The notes: generated by a model not told the origin, from the sequence alone. Shown: positions 1-9,315, counted from the stretch's first letter. The stretch: DNA of 24,482 bases from Sulfolobales archaeon (GCA_038841535.1 JAWBTQ010000018.1:1-24482), one strand, 5' to 3'. Numbers and translations are program-made.

Positions 1-173
1 CCCAGTACTATAGGTACAGGACCTATTACTACAACAGCTCCACCTCCAACGCGCTTCTTCTCAGCTCCCTCAGCTTCCCCTCCTAGAGCAGAAAGGATCA
101 TCATTATAGTACCAGCCAAAATGAGGGCGAAAGCTAAGGCGATCATAGCTAGCATTATCTGTAAAGCCGGCAT
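1..173 (-). CDS. DUF131/TIGR00304-family small membrane protein; 3' end lies outside the window
   Basis: Hand translation from ATG at 173: MPALQIMLAMIALAFALILAGTIMMILSALGGEAEGAEKKRVGGGAVVVIGPVPIVLG. A TM helix is followed by the GGGxVxIGPxPIVxG family motif. GGGGGT RBS-like sequence upstream. Not in the ORF track. Confidence 0.85.
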   Translation of the reverse strand, partial: MPALQIMLAMIALAFALILAGTIMMILSALGGEAEGAEKKRVGGGAVVVIGPVPIVL

Positions 174-519
174 GGTGTTACCTACCCCCGTAAAGAACAT
201 ACTACACTAACTTAAATATCCTCGCAATGAAGAACTAGCGACACGCGGAGTCTGATGCTACTCAGGAAACTCATACACCATGTGATCTTCTAGAAACTAC
301 GAAAGCCCCAGGGGATAAAAATGGTGTCGCAGTCCTCACTCGACCTAGAGACAGCTGGATTCAGGTAGAGCGGGGGGAGAGTGAACTACATCCTCTACCC
401 ACTAGGTAAAAACGAAGAGAATATGAGACGGCTTCACTGGAAGAAGTTTACCAGTTATCGTAGTCGAGGAGGATAGAGATAACATAGTCTACTTCAAAAC
501 CCGAAATCGTTGCCGGAGG

Positions 520-1701
520 TTATTTAGCTGTATCTTTCAGTATTTTTAGTACTTCTAGGAGCTCTGACAGTCCCAACCTGAAGAGTTCAGGTTTAATGCC
601 TACACCGATCCTCATGTGTCCTTCTGAGTCGAAGCACTCACCGGGTGCTACGAGGATCTTACTCATCTCGTATATGCTATATGATAGTTTAAGAGTATCT
701 TTAGTCCATGGAATTTTGACCCAAGCGAAGGCTCCTGCTGCGTTAGGATAGGGTGCGAGGATATCGCCTTTAGAAACCATCGACGTAAGAACGTTTAAGT
801 TCTCACTCACTATATCCCGCGCTCTTTTCTTAAGCGCAGCTACTATGTTAGGACTCAATACTCTTGAAGCTATCCTATCGCTCAGTATAGATGGCGATAT
901 ACTCACATAGTCTTTAATGCCCCAAGCTCGATCGGCAAGTGTCTTAGAACCGGATGCTAGCCACCCTATCCTCAAGCCCGGGAGGCCGTACGTTTTCGAG
1001 AGACCGGAGGTTGAGATAAACCTCTCTGAGTGAGGTACTTCGGCGATACTATGCTTTGGCTCCCCTCTCTCTGTCCCCCAGTAGACTTCGTCGAAAACTA
1101 GAGTGACATCGTACTTCGAGGCCTCCAGGGCTAGCTCCTCGAGCTCTCTCTTACTCATGTAGCTTCCAGTAGGATTGTTGGGGTCGGTAACGAATACGGC
1201 CTTAGGTCTTACCTCCTTCATTAACTCCATGGCCTCCTGGAGAGGAAAGCCCCAGTTAGGCGGCTTCCTCCTTAAATAAACGACTTTAGCCCCGATCCAC
1301 CGCAGAAGCCCGGCTACTTGCGTATAGTTAGGAGTATCTACTAGCACCGTATCGCCTTGCGACACTGTAGAAAGCACTGCGAGAAGATTCGCTTCAGCAG
1401 AACCAGAAGTTACAACTACGTTTTCTGGCTCCACGAAGCCACGGTAAAGCTCTGAAATCGCCTCCCTTAGCTCTTGAGACCCTTTAGTCCACCCGTACCC
1501 TAGCTCAAGTTCGAATATTTCCTCTAAATCGACTCCGTAACTGATGAGGTCCCGAAGCCTTAGAGGATGCACCCCGCTTTCGCTTAAGTTGACTCTAGCC
1601 CTAGTCTCGTGGAGTGATTGCCACCTCTCGAGGCAGAAGATTGGTAGGTCTCCTATCAGTTTCCCAGTAATAGAATTTAGTAGGTCACGTGGCAAACACA
1701 A
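520..1701 (-). CDS. PLP-dependent aminotransferase class I/II (fold type I)
   Basis: Motifs NLSESG, LGYG..GS..LR.AI, TSGSAEAN, DPNNPTG, FDEVY and SGLSKTYGLPGLRIGW (PLP lysine), plus APGECF and MRIG. Start codon uncertain. Confidence 0.9.
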   Translation of the reverse strand: MCLPRDLLNSITGKLIGDLPIFCLERWQSLHETRARVNLSESGVHPLRLRDLISYGVDLEEIFELELGYGWTKGSQELREAISELYRGFVEPENVVVTSGSAEANLLAVLSTVSQGDTVLVDTPNYTQVAGLLRWIGAKVVYLRRKPPNWGFPLQEAMELMKEVRPKAVFVTDPNNPTGSYMSKRELEELALEASKYDVTLVFDEVYWGTERGEPKHSIAEVPHSERFISTSGLSKTYGLPGLRIGWLASGSKTLADRAWGIKDYVSISPSILSDRIASRVLSPNIVAALKKRARDIVSENLNVLTSMVSKGDILAPYPNAAGAFAWVKIPWTKDTLKLSYSIYEMSKILVAPGECFDSEGHMRIGVGIKPELFRLGLSELLEVLKILKDTAK

Positions 1702-1959
1702 CTTGACCCCAAGTGTAATGCTAGATAGTACAGTAATAAGCCCGCTTTAGCGCACTTGAACTAGCTACAGTACCTTCAATAATTGTGTACTAAAGTGCTG
1801 GTTTCCTAGTGAGACTAGGAGAAAGAGTTGTGGTAGGCAAGTAGCGCATCATACGTTAAGCTACATACCGTGTTTAATCCACTAACAATGAGAGTACTTC
1901 TTACTAACATAGCTTTCCACTAGTACTTAAGCCATGCTCAAACCCGAGCTTGAAAGCAT

Positions 1960-1981
1960 GCAGGTCTCAGGCAGGTCTCAG
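1960..1981. repeat. Perfect 11-bp tandem duplication (GCAGGTCTCAG)x2 at the IS607 left junction
   Basis: Read directly at 1960-1970 and 1971-1981. Confidence 0.9.
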
Positions 1982-1988
1982 GGTGTGC

Positions 1989-2050
1989 AACTGTTTCGAT
2001 GTGTTAGGTTTATAAAGGTTTTTGTAGGATTTTTTATGTTGGTGTAGGTT
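1989..2050. repeat. IS607 left-end motif array (putative TnpA binding sites)
   Basis: (T/A)AGGTT-like motifs at about 10-bp spacing. AGGTTTTTGTAGG (2016-2028) is the exact reverse complement of CCTACAAAAACCT (3914-3926). AACTGTTTC mirrors the right-end GAAACGGTT. Confidence 0.7.
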
Positions 2051-2052
2051 GT

Positions 2053-2685
2053 TTGGAGAGGTACTACTCTACTAGGGAGGTCTGCGGGATTCTCGGAGTG
2101 ACCAATAGGACTTTGAGGAGGTGGATTAGTGAGGGGAGGATTAGGGCTGTTAACGTCTACGGTAGGTGGAGGATTCCCGAGAGTGAGGTTAGGAGGCTTC
2201 TTGGTCGATCAGTTGAGGAGTTCAAGGAGGTTAAGCTTCTTAGAGCAGTTGTTTATGCTCGTGCGAGTGGTTCCAGCCAGAGGGGAGAGCTCGAGAACCA
2301 GGTGGAGGCGCTAAAGAGGTACGTTGAGCAAAACGGTTGGAGGCTCGTAGCAGTAGTAACAGATGTTGCCAGTGGGTTGAGCGAGGATAGGAGGGGGTTG
2401 AGGAAGGTTCTTGATATGGCTAAGAAGCATGAGTTCGACGTCTTGGTTGTTGCCTACAGAGATAGGTTGACAAGGTTTGGCTTTACCTACCTACAGGAGC
2501 TGTTCAAAGCCTACGGTGTAGATGTGGTTGCTGTCTTTCAGGAGGAGCCGAAGGACTACATGCAAGAACTCGTTGAGGACATGGTCGAAATAGTAACGTC
2601 ATTTGCGGCGAGGATATACGGTAAGAGGAGCCATAAGTACGAGAAACTGGTGAAGTGTGTTGAGGAGTCAACAAGGGATTCTTGA
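2053..2685 (+). CDS. tnpA: IS607-family transposase (MerR-like HTH + serine recombinase domain)
   Basis: N-terminal HTH (STREVCGILGVTNRTLRRW), catalytic YARAS motif, DVASGL, VVAYRDRLTRFGF and ELVEDM..I.TSFAARIYG.RS. Confidence 0.95.
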   Translation: MERYYSTREVCGILGVTNRTLRRWISEGRIRAVNVYGRWRIPESEVRRLLGRSVEEFKEVKLLRAVVYARASGSSQRGELENQVEALKRYVEQNGWRLVAVVTDVASGLSEDRRGLRKVLDMAKKHEFDVLVVAYRDRLTRFGFTYLQELFKAYGVDVVAVFQEEPKDYMQELVEDMVEIVTSFAARIYGKRSHKYEKLVKCVEESTRDS

Positions 2686-3928
2686 GAGAACCATTGTACT
2701 GGTATCACCGAAGCTCACGAAGAGAAAACTCTCTGTTCTCAGCCGCGTCTACAAAGCCTACGGGGAGATACTGAGAGAAGCACTAGACTACATGTACTCC
2801 AAGAACGTAGCCTCATGGGTGAAAGTGAAGAAAGAACTCTACAGGTACTTCAGGGAAAAGTACTCGGAGCTACCATCGCACTACATTCATGAAGCAATAC
2901 GCGATGCATCCTCCAGGTTGAAGTCCTTCCTCAAGTTGAAGAAGAAAGGTCTTGCTTACACGGAGAAGCCAGAGGTTAAGCGGTGGAGTGTTGGCTGTGA
3001 TAACCAGATGTGGAAGATTACTCTACAAGGAGTTTCAATAGCCACTCATACGGGATGGGTAAACGTACCGTTGCTACTCCACAAGCAGTTCTACGGGTAT
3101 TGGAATAATGGTTGGAGTCTTAGAGGCTCATGTAGGTGGAAGCTGGTGAATGGGAGACTAAAGCTCTACGTAGTGTTCTCCAAGAGCGTGGAGACCAGAG
3201 CAAGCTACAGCAAGGTTATCGGTGTGGATGTTAACGAGAACAACGTAACTCTCTTCATATTCCCCGACAATAAAGCAGTAACAGTTGTAACCAACCACAG
3301 CAGGATTGTCCTGGGCTACGCCTACAGGAGGAGAGTTCTCCAGGAAAATCATGGAAACAACACGAGGTCTCTCAGGATAGCTTTTAGGAAGCTACGGGAG
3401 AAGTACGTTAAAAGAGACCTGAGGAACAAGGTAGTATCTCTCGTAGTTAAGGTAGCTAGTGTGGAGAACGCTGTCGTTGTTCTGGAGAAGCTCCTCAAGA
3501 GGTTTCAGGATAGAGCACTAGAGAAGAACGGGCCGAAGTCTCTGAATGCACATAGGCTTAAGCAATCAGCCATCAGAGGCATCCAGAAGCATGTAGTGGA
3601 GAAAGCACTAGAGCATGGTGTAAGAGTAGAGCTCGTAGATCCGAGGAACACATCCAGAAAATGCCCGTTATGCGGCTCCAGCCTAGCTCCCGTGACGGGC
3701 AATGCCCAGAGGAGAGGCTGGAGCCCTAGGTTTGTGAAGTGCATGAAGTGCGGTTTCACCCACGACAGAGACGTAATAGGAGCGTGGAACATAGCTCTAA
3801 AACTAGATGTGAGCCCTGTGCCGTTGGGCTCGAAGGGTGCCCATGACTCCTGCGTGGAGTGGTCAGTGACCACGGTGAACCGCAGGGCTGAGGCACAACC
3901 CGCCCTAGGAAAACCTACAAAAACCTAG
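2657..3928 (+). CDS. tnpB: RNA-guided endonuclease TnpB
   Basis: RuvC-I GVDVN, RuvC-II VVLEKL, Zn finger TSRKCPLCG...KCMKCG and RuvC-III HDRDVIGAWNI. The D-E-D triad is intact. Confidence 0.95.
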   Translation: MLRSQQGILERTIVLVSPKLTKRKLSVLSRVYKAYGEILREALDYMYSKNVASWVKVKKELYRYFREKYSELPSHYIHEAIRDASSRLKSFLKLKKKGLAYTEKPEVKRWSVGCDNQMWKITLQGVSIATHTGWVNVPLLLHKQFYGYWNNGWSLRGSCRWKLVNGRLKLYVVFSKSVETRASYSKVIGVDVNENNVTLFIFPDNKAVTVVTNHSRIVLGYAYRRRVLQENHGNNTRSLRIAFRKLREKYVKRDLRNKVVSLVVKVASVENAVVVLEKLLKRFQDRALEKNGPKSLNAHRLKQSAIRGIQKHVVEKALEHGVRVELVDPRNTSRKCPLCGSSLAPVTGNAQRRGWSPRFVKCMKCGFTHDRDVIGAWNIALKLDVSPVPLGSKGAHDSCVEWSVTTVNRRAEAQPALGKPTKT

Positions 3929-3960
3929 AGCGGGAAACGGTTATAAATGGAAGGCTTACG
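3803..3960 (+). ncRNA. TnpB omegaRNA (reRNA/sotRNA): scaffold overlaps the tnpB 3' end, guide comes from the right flank
   Basis: Nested stems GAGCCC..GGGCTC, GTGCC..GGCAC, CCTGCG..CGCAGG and GTGGTC-AGT-GACCAC. The position is the established one for TnpB omegaRNAs. The same segment is conserved in a second copy at 19.5 kb. Confidence 0.75.
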
Positions 3961-4303
3961 TACTTATGACCCTATGGGTCTCGCCGTAGCACCTCACTAT
4001 CTCCTGCTGTCTCGAGCTTCGTGTGCGATATCGTTGAGCACGCGTGAGCTACGGCTTAAAACTTTGTGCCTATACTAGTGGCTATCCCTAGCTCTAAAAA
4101 GCGAAAGTAGGCTTAAACCTAGAGGCTATCTTAGCCCCCACTCCTCATTAAAGGAGTTAGAGAATCCTGCTCGCACGTAGAGTGTGAGTGTTAAAGTCCT
4201 TAATTCGCTCACGTTACCGATCTCCTACACTCCATAGAATGGAGCTCTCGATATGACTAAGAAAAAGTCGGCTACGACTTGAAAACTTCTCTCATTTCGC
4301 GGC

Positions 4304-5443
4304 TTAGCCTATAACTGCCAACTCCTTTACTAATCTCCCGGTCTTGAACCTCTCTAGCGTTAGGTTTTTAGCGATATCTATATACGGTTTCCCGTCGAGA
4401 ATCCACGATGCGATAAGTTTGCCTGTCACTGGACCCATCATCATCCCGTGACCACTGAATCCGGCAGCTATGAAGAGGTTCTCATATGGAGTCACCGGTC
4501 CGTAAATTGGGTGGTGGTCTGGAGTCATATCGTAGTAACCCATCCAGTACCTCAGGATGTTAACACTCGATAGGAACGGTAGGAGCTCTCTAAGAGGCTT
4601 GAGTATGTGCGGTACGGCATCTATTCTTTGGGAGTATATAGAGGCTCTCGGAGTATCTTCTAGGTCTCTAGCGAGTATCATGCTACCGTGCTCGTTTTGG
4701 GTTATGTGGGGCGACCCGGGGGTATCCCAGTCTATTATTAATGCTGGCCTGAGAGTTTCAGCGTAAGGCTCTGTTACATACGGGTGCCTCGGCACATCCA
4801 CGATTGGGACATCTACTCCGACCGTAGCTATTAGATCCCTACTACCTCCCCCAGCTGCTACAACCGCAGCATCGAATTCGACCGTCCCGCTGCTGGTCTC
4901 AGCAGCAACAACTCTATCGCCGCGCGGGATGAATTTAATCACTTTAGTGTTCGGTACTACTCTAACCCCCAGCTTCTTTACCTTAATGTATAGATTAACG
5001 AAGTTCTCTATTATAGGCATTCTACCAGCTGTAGGGTCAAACATTGCTCCGACTACTAGCTTGGTGTTAAGCCTGGGCTCTACACGCTTAACTTCTTCTA
5101 CGTCTAAAATTCGTGTAGGAACATCGTACTGGTGGTGGAAATCTACTAGCTTCTTAAATCCTTCGAGAGTCTCAGGTTTCCGTGCTACCCAGAGGTAACC
5201 TCTCCGCTCAAGCATAAACCCGAGCTCGTCTTTTAGAGCGAACCACTCACGTAAGCTCTCCTTCAAAAGCACTACGTGCTCTGGGGAAGTAAAGGAGGTC
5301 CTAAAGCAACCTAGGTTTCTCAGGGTAGCACCACTACCTGGATAGCTTGAGTCCACTACGGTTACATCTTTAACACCACGCTGAATGAGCTCGTACGCTA
5401 CGAACAACCCACTAATACCTGCTCCTACTATAAGGACCTTCAT
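4304..5443 (-). CDS. pdhB: Dye-linked proline dehydrogenase-type beta subunit (DAO/sarcosine oxidase beta family FAD oxidoreductase)
   Basis: GAGISG FAD motif, GSGATLRN.G, WMGYYDMTPDHHPIYG and AAGFSGHGMMMGP. Last gene of the A-F-X-B operon. Confidence 0.85.
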   Translation of the reverse strand: MKVLIVGAGISGLFVAYELIQRGVKDVTVVDSSYPGSGATLRNLGCFRTSFTSPEHVVLLKESLREWFALKDELGFMLERRGYLWVARKPETLEGFKKLVDFHHQYDVPTRILDVEEVKRVEPRLNTKLVVGAMFDPTAGRMPIIENFVNLYIKVKKLGVRVVPNTKVIKFIPRGDRVVAAETSSGTVEFDAAVVAAGGGSRDLIATVGVDVPIVDVPRHPYVTEPYAETLRPALIIDWDTPGSPHITQNEHGSMILARDLEDTPRASIYSQRIDAVPHILKPLRELLPFLSSVNILRYWMGYYDMTPDHHPIYGPVTPYENLFIAAGFSGHGMMMGPVTGKLIASWILDGKPYIDIAKNLTLERFKTGRLVKELAVIG

Positions 5444-5736
5444 GGCTTGACACCTTTTACGAAGTATCTGGCTGAAATAGGCACTATAGGTGGTCTTACT
5501 TTGTAGTTTAGTAGTACCTCATCTAATCTTCTCCCAGTAGCTCTAGCGAACATTCTCGCAGCGATCATGATACAGCTCCTACCCTGGCAGGGTCCAAAAC
5601 CTAGCCTAAGGTACTTCCTCAATAGCTCGAAGTCGTCTATACCCATTTCAATCGCTTTCCTAATGTCGTCTGCGGTTACGTCGTTACACCTACACACTAT
5701 AATAGTGTTACTAGCCTTACTTACTTCTCTACCCAT
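5440..5736 (-). CDS. pdhX: BFD-like [2Fe-2S] small subunit (delta) of the dehydrogenase complex
   Basis: CRCNDVT...RLGFGPCQGRSC and RPP motifs. 4-bp overlap with pdhB. Confidence 0.85.
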   Translation of the reverse strand: MGREVSKASNTIIVCRCNDVTADDIRKAIEMGIDDFELLRKYLRLGFGPCQGRSCIMIAARMFARATGRRLDEVLLNYKVRPPIVPISARYFVKGVKP

Positions 5737-6212
5737 ATAGCTCTCACCTCCATACCCAACCCTTTAGGTACTTTAACGGTGACTACGTATGTCTTATTTC
5801 TCTCCCAGACTCTAGTGACCGTTCCCTTCCCCAATTTCTCACCCGTTCTACTGAGTAAAGTTACTTCGTCACCGACCTTAGGTGCCGGGAGAAACTCGTG
5901 TGGTACCGTAACGTAGTCACCGTCCTCCTTGGAGAGGTCTACCACGAATGCCGCGAGACCTGGACATACTGCTACGCAAACACTACAGCCGGTACACTTA
6001 TTCCAATCAATCATCGGTAGGTCTATTAACCTCTCCATCTTTATTGCCTTTGTGGGGCAGTATGGAACGCATATATTACATGGTATCATCTCAGGACACT
6101 CGAGTACGGCTACGGGTCCCTTCTTCAGCCTACTCTCCGGCGGTAGCAAGTTAAGTGTGCTAAGCTCTTCGAGGCTTATGACACCGGTTTTCCTGAAGGA
6201 TGGAGTAGGCAT
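5721..6212 (-). CDS. pdhF: 4Fe-4S ferredoxin-like gamma subunit of the dehydrogenase complex
   Basis: ECPEMIPCNICVPYCP and CTGCSVCVAVCPGLA clusters, with a C-terminal VP.EFLP.P..G..V domain. Confidence 0.88.
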   Translation of the reverse strand: MPTPSFRKTGVISLEELSTLNLLPPESRLKKGPVAVLECPEMIPCNICVPYCPTKAIKMERLIDLPMIDWNKCTGCSVCVAVCPGLAAFVVDLSKEDGDYVTVPHEFLPAPKVGDEVTLLSRTGEKLGKGTVTRVWERNKTYVVTVKVPKGLGMEVRAIWVEK

Positions 6213-6219
6213 ACCCTAC

Positions 6220-7713
6220 TCACCCAAATGAAACAGGAGGTGGGTTCGCAGATCTTATTTTCTCTATCTCCTCCCTACTAACGGTTACCAGCTGCTTGCC
6301 GCGCCTAGCTCTAGCTAGAACTGGTGAAGCCCTATACTCATCCCATAGGAACCTGATCAACTTCTCTGTCTCCTCTTCGGCCTTACTTGCGCGTGAACCA
6401 TCAGATAGCTTAGAGACTATAGATAGAGCAGCTATTTGACCCTCGATAATAGCTGTTGTAGCCTCTTCGATACCCGAAGCATCACCAGCTACGTATAGGT
6501 TTTTAACAGACGTCTCTAGGTCTAGCGTCCTGAGAGGAACTAAGCCACCAAGGTCTGGAGACCACTTCATCGCAGCACCACACTGGGCAAAGAACCTAAT
6601 GTCCGGCTCGAGCCCTATCGCCAGCAAGACAAGGTCAACTTCGAATTTCTTCTCAGTTCCGGGCACCGGGTTGAAGTCATTGTCAACTGCTACAACCTCA
6701 GCCTCACTTACTTTACCGTTCCCACATACAGCTTTAAGTGTGTGCTGAAGCAGTATAGGAACTCCATATCTCTTAATCTTTGCGGCATGAACAAACCAAC
6801 CCCCCACTTCCGGAAGTATTTCGACTACTGCCTTAACCCTGACTCCAGCTTGAAGTAGCTGGTAGGAGATTATGATACCGACATTACCGGACCCTACTAC
6901 AAGAGCTCTATCTCCAGGCTTAACACCGTACTCATTCATAATAGTCTGAGCTCCTCCAGCACCTATCACACCTGGAAAGTCATTGTTTATGAAGTCGAGA
7001 TATCTTTCCGTAGCTCCGGTGGATCCTATTACGGCTTTCGGCTTAACTGTGTAATGCGCGTTTTTGCCGGATACACCCACGACTCCCCCTCTAAACACTC
7101 CGTACACTACGGACTGCGTCAAAGTCTTTACCCTCCCATTAGAGCCTATTTTCTTGGTGTATTCTTCAGCTATTTGGAAGCCCCTCATGCCACCAAAGAG
7201 CTCCACGTTTCCAAAGAATTTGTGTGTCTGCTTAAGGAGCTGACCACCTAGTCTAAAGTGTTCGTCAACGACTAGTACGTTGTAACCGTACTCAGCTACT
7301 TTAAGGGCAGCAGAAAGGCCCGATGGCCCGCCTCCAACAACTAAAACGTCTGTCTCGATCTCGTAGTTCTCTATGTTGCTCAGGTCTACCTGCTCGGTAG
7401 GTGGGCTAACCCACCCTCTCTGTCTTTCGACAACTAGTCCGTCTACTACGGGCTCCCTACAGGTCTTAGTGTTGGGGACCCCATTGACGATCATGAAACA
7501 GCTACTGCACTTACCGATCATGCAGAAGGGGCCTCTCGGTCTACTAAGGCTGGAGCTCCACGAGAGAGTGTCCACTCCAGCCGCATAGAGGGCTATAGCT
7601 ATGCTCTCTCCCTCGTAAGCCTCGACAGGTTGTCCCTCAAAGAAGAACGTCACCTTCTTGCCGCGTCGGAAGGATAGTATTGGGTGTTCCCAAATCCTCC
7701 TATTCCGCGGCGA
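6220..7713 (-). CDS. pdhA: Dye-linked proline dehydrogenase-type alpha subunit (2Fe-2S + FAD/NAD oxidoreductase)
   Basis: FCMIGKCSSC...C 2Fe-2S motif, GGGPSG, GGQLLKQTHKFFG, GSGNVG and AGDASGIEEATTA. The conserved-looking N-terminus RIWEHPILSFRRGKKVTF extends about 20 codons upstream of the ORF-track GTG (7653), so the start is uncertain. Confidence 0.88.
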   Translation of the reverse strand, partial: SPRNRRIWEHPILSFRRGKKVTFFFEGQPVEAYEGESIAIALYAAGVDTLSWSSSLSRPRGPFCMIGKCSSCFMIVNGVPNTKTCREPVVDGLVVERQRGWVSPPTEQVDLSNIENYEIETDVLVVGGGPSGLSAALKVAEYGYNVLVVDEHFRLGGQLLKQTHKFFGNVELFGGMRGFQIAEEYTKKIGSNGRVKTLTQSVVYGVFRGGVVGVSGKNAHYTVKPKAVIGSTGATERYLDFINNDFPGVIGAGGAQTIMNEYGVKPGDRALVVGSGNVGIIISYQLLQAGVRVKAVVEILPEVGGWFVHAAKIKRYGVPILLQHTLKAVCGNGKVSEAEVVAVDNDFNPVPGTEKKFEVDLVLLAIGLEPDIRFFAQCGAAMKWSPDLGGLVPLRTLDLETSVKNLYVAGDASGIEEATTAIIEGQIAALSIVSKLSDGSRASKAEEETEKLIRFLWDEYRASPVLARARRGKQLVTVSREEIEKIRSANPPPVSFG

Positions 7714-7723
7714 ATTGAATCAC

Positions 7724-7821
7724 CAATAATTCTGCAAGCAGTTGGTTTAAAAACAGACCTTTCGTGAACGGAAACGCGTATATAAACCCTCCTCATATAA
7801 TCTAAACCGAGGTATCTCCAC
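7724..7821. promoter_or_regulatory. Divergent promoter region between the pdh operon and the NSS transporter
   Basis: About 100 bp between divergent genes, with TATA-like TTTAAAA and TATATAAA. GAGGT RBS before ATG 7822. Confidence 0.5.
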
Positions 7822-9315
7822 ATGTCTAGACCCGGAGACTCCAAGCCACTAATAGCCAAAACCTTCGAGCGGGCTTGGAGTAGCTTTGCATTATTGATGA
7901 CTGCTGTTGGGTGGTCTGTGGGTGCTGGAAACTACTGGAGGTTTTCGTGGAGAGCCGCTAACTACGGAGGCGGGAGCTTCCTCTTATCGTACCTGATATG
8001 GCTGATAATAGTCGCGTTCCCGCTCTCAGTAGCGGAGTACGCCATTGGTAAACTCGGTAGAGGTGGCCCTATCCACGGACCTTATAACCTCGCCGAGAGG
8101 CACAAAAAGTGGGCTGCCTTCGGAGGTATGTGGATGGCCTGGGCAGACTTCATGATAATGTGCTACTACTGGGTCGTTACCGGGTGGATATTCTACTATA
8201 TGCTACACGCAATAGCTGGAACCTTCTTTACGCCCGGATTCGATGCTAGTGCGTTCTGGAGCGAGTTCGGCTTCACGCCAGCATCTCTGGGTGTTGGAGC
8301 GTTCATGATGTTCCTCAGCATAATCGTTACGGCCCTCGGCATCAAGGGAATAGGTCAGGTCGCTAGGTTCATGTTCCCGCTCCTATTCATATTTACAGTC
8401 GGTTTAGCCATATTCACTGTAACCCTACCAGGCGCAGAAAAAGGACTCGAGTTCTATATGGTGCCGAGGCTTGAGGCTTTAGGGGACCCATCAACTTGGA
8501 TGCAGTCACTATCTCAGGTTATATGGAGTATTGGGATAGCTTGGGGCTTCTTCATATGTGCTGGTGCGTGGATGAGGAGAAACGATGACCCAACTTTAAC
8601 AGCTTTTGGTAACGTCGTGAATGACTCAGCTGTTGCGTGGATGGCTGGCACGGCTATCATACCGCTGATATTCGCTATTTCCGCTACTCCCTTTGAAGAC
8701 ATAAAGCAGGCGGGTACGGGACTAGCTTTCGTAGTCTTACCCCAGTTATTTAGGAAGATGGGGGCTGCTGGACACGTTTACGCAGTGTTCTTCTTTATTG
8801 CATTCTGGTTTGCTGCCTTTACTAGCTTAATAACTATACATGAAGTAGCTCTAAGACCTCTAAAAGACTTCGGCTTAAAGACCTGGCAAGCAGCTACGAT
8901 AACCGGAATCCTCGCGTTCTTCTGCGGCATCCCCACAGCTCTCAGTGGCGACTGGTTAGACTACTATGATACCGTCTGGGGTGTCGTCGGTTTGTCGTTA
9001 GGCCTCGTATTCATAGCACTCATAACGTCGTACTTTACCGACTCGGCTAAAGTGAGAAGGGGGTTAGCAGACATGGATGTAAAGCCCTTCATAAAGCTCG
9101 GGAGTTGGTGGGACATAATGCTCAAGGTAAACATTGTCGTTCCGATACTGTTCTTCGCTTGGTGGATAGTCTATGGAGAGTGGATTAGAGGTTGGGGGGC
9201 CGGTCTACACACGTACTACACGTACCCAGGAATGATCATACTGATCATAGGTGGCTTTATAATGTACTTCATAGTCGCCAAGTCTATAGAGAAGCAGGTT
9301 GGAAAGACAGGGTGA
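7822..9315 (+). CDS. Sodium-dependent amino acid transporter, NSS/SNF (SLC6, LeuT-like) family
   Basis: TM1 motif AVGWSVGAGNYWRF, GGGSFLLSY, AEYAIGK, YYWVVTGW, GTGLAFVVLPQLF and FAAFTSLI. About 12 hydrophobic segments. Confidence 0.92.
   Translation: MSRPGDSKPLIAKTFERAWSSFALLMTAVGWSVGAGNYWRFSWRAANYGGGSFLLSYLIWLIIVAFPLSVAEYAIGKLGRGGPIHGPYNLAERHKKWAAFGGMWMAWADFMIMCYYWVVTGWIFYYMLHAIAGTFFTPGFDASAFWSEFGFTPASLGVGAFMMFLSIIVTALGIKGIGQVARFMFPLLFIFTVGLAIFTVTLPGAEKGLEFYMVPRLEALGDPSTWMQSLSQVIWSIGIAWGFFICAGAWMRRNDDPTLTAFGNVVNDSAVAWMAGTAIIPLIFAISATPFEDIKQAGTGLAFVVLPQLFRKMGAAGHVYAVFFFIAFWFAAFTSLITIHEVALRPLKDFGLKTWQAATITGILAFFCGIPTALSGDWLDYYDTVWGVVGLSLGLVFIALITSYFTDSAKVRRGLADMDVKPFIKLGSWWDIMLKVNIVVPILFFAWWIVYGEWIRGWGAGLHTYYTYPGMIILIIGGFIMYFIVAKSIEKQVGKTG

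Larger units (their letters stand above)
1984..3940 (+). mobile_element. IS607-family insertion sequence (TnpA serine recombinase + TnpB)
   Basis: Overlapping tnpA-tnpB. Inverted subterminal motif arrays at both ends. GG dinucleotides at 1982-83 and 3939-40 are candidate crossover sites. Exact ends are inferred. Confidence 0.9.

Noticed and set aside
255-520. Long + strand frame interrupted by two TAG codons (MLLRKLIHHVIF*KLRKPQG...GFR*SGGRVNYILYPLG)
   Set aside because: No recognisable family. It may be a decayed gene, and nothing supports TAG recoding because other genes here use TAG as a stop.
3945-4300. Possible interrupted gene flanking the IS (also 1750-1960)
   Set aside because: Hand translation gives only short stop-interrupted fragments with no motif I recognise. 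BLASTX would be needed.
6021-6030. GTCTATTAAC match to the distal part of the orphan omegaRNA guide within pdhF
   Set aside because: Only about 10 nt and outside the scaffold-proximal seed, so compatible with chance.
7650-7859. 69-aa minus-strand ORF overlapping the pdhA start
   Set aside because: It spans the divergent promoter and the NSS start, and a different frame carries the conserved PdhA N-terminus. Most likely a shadow ORF.
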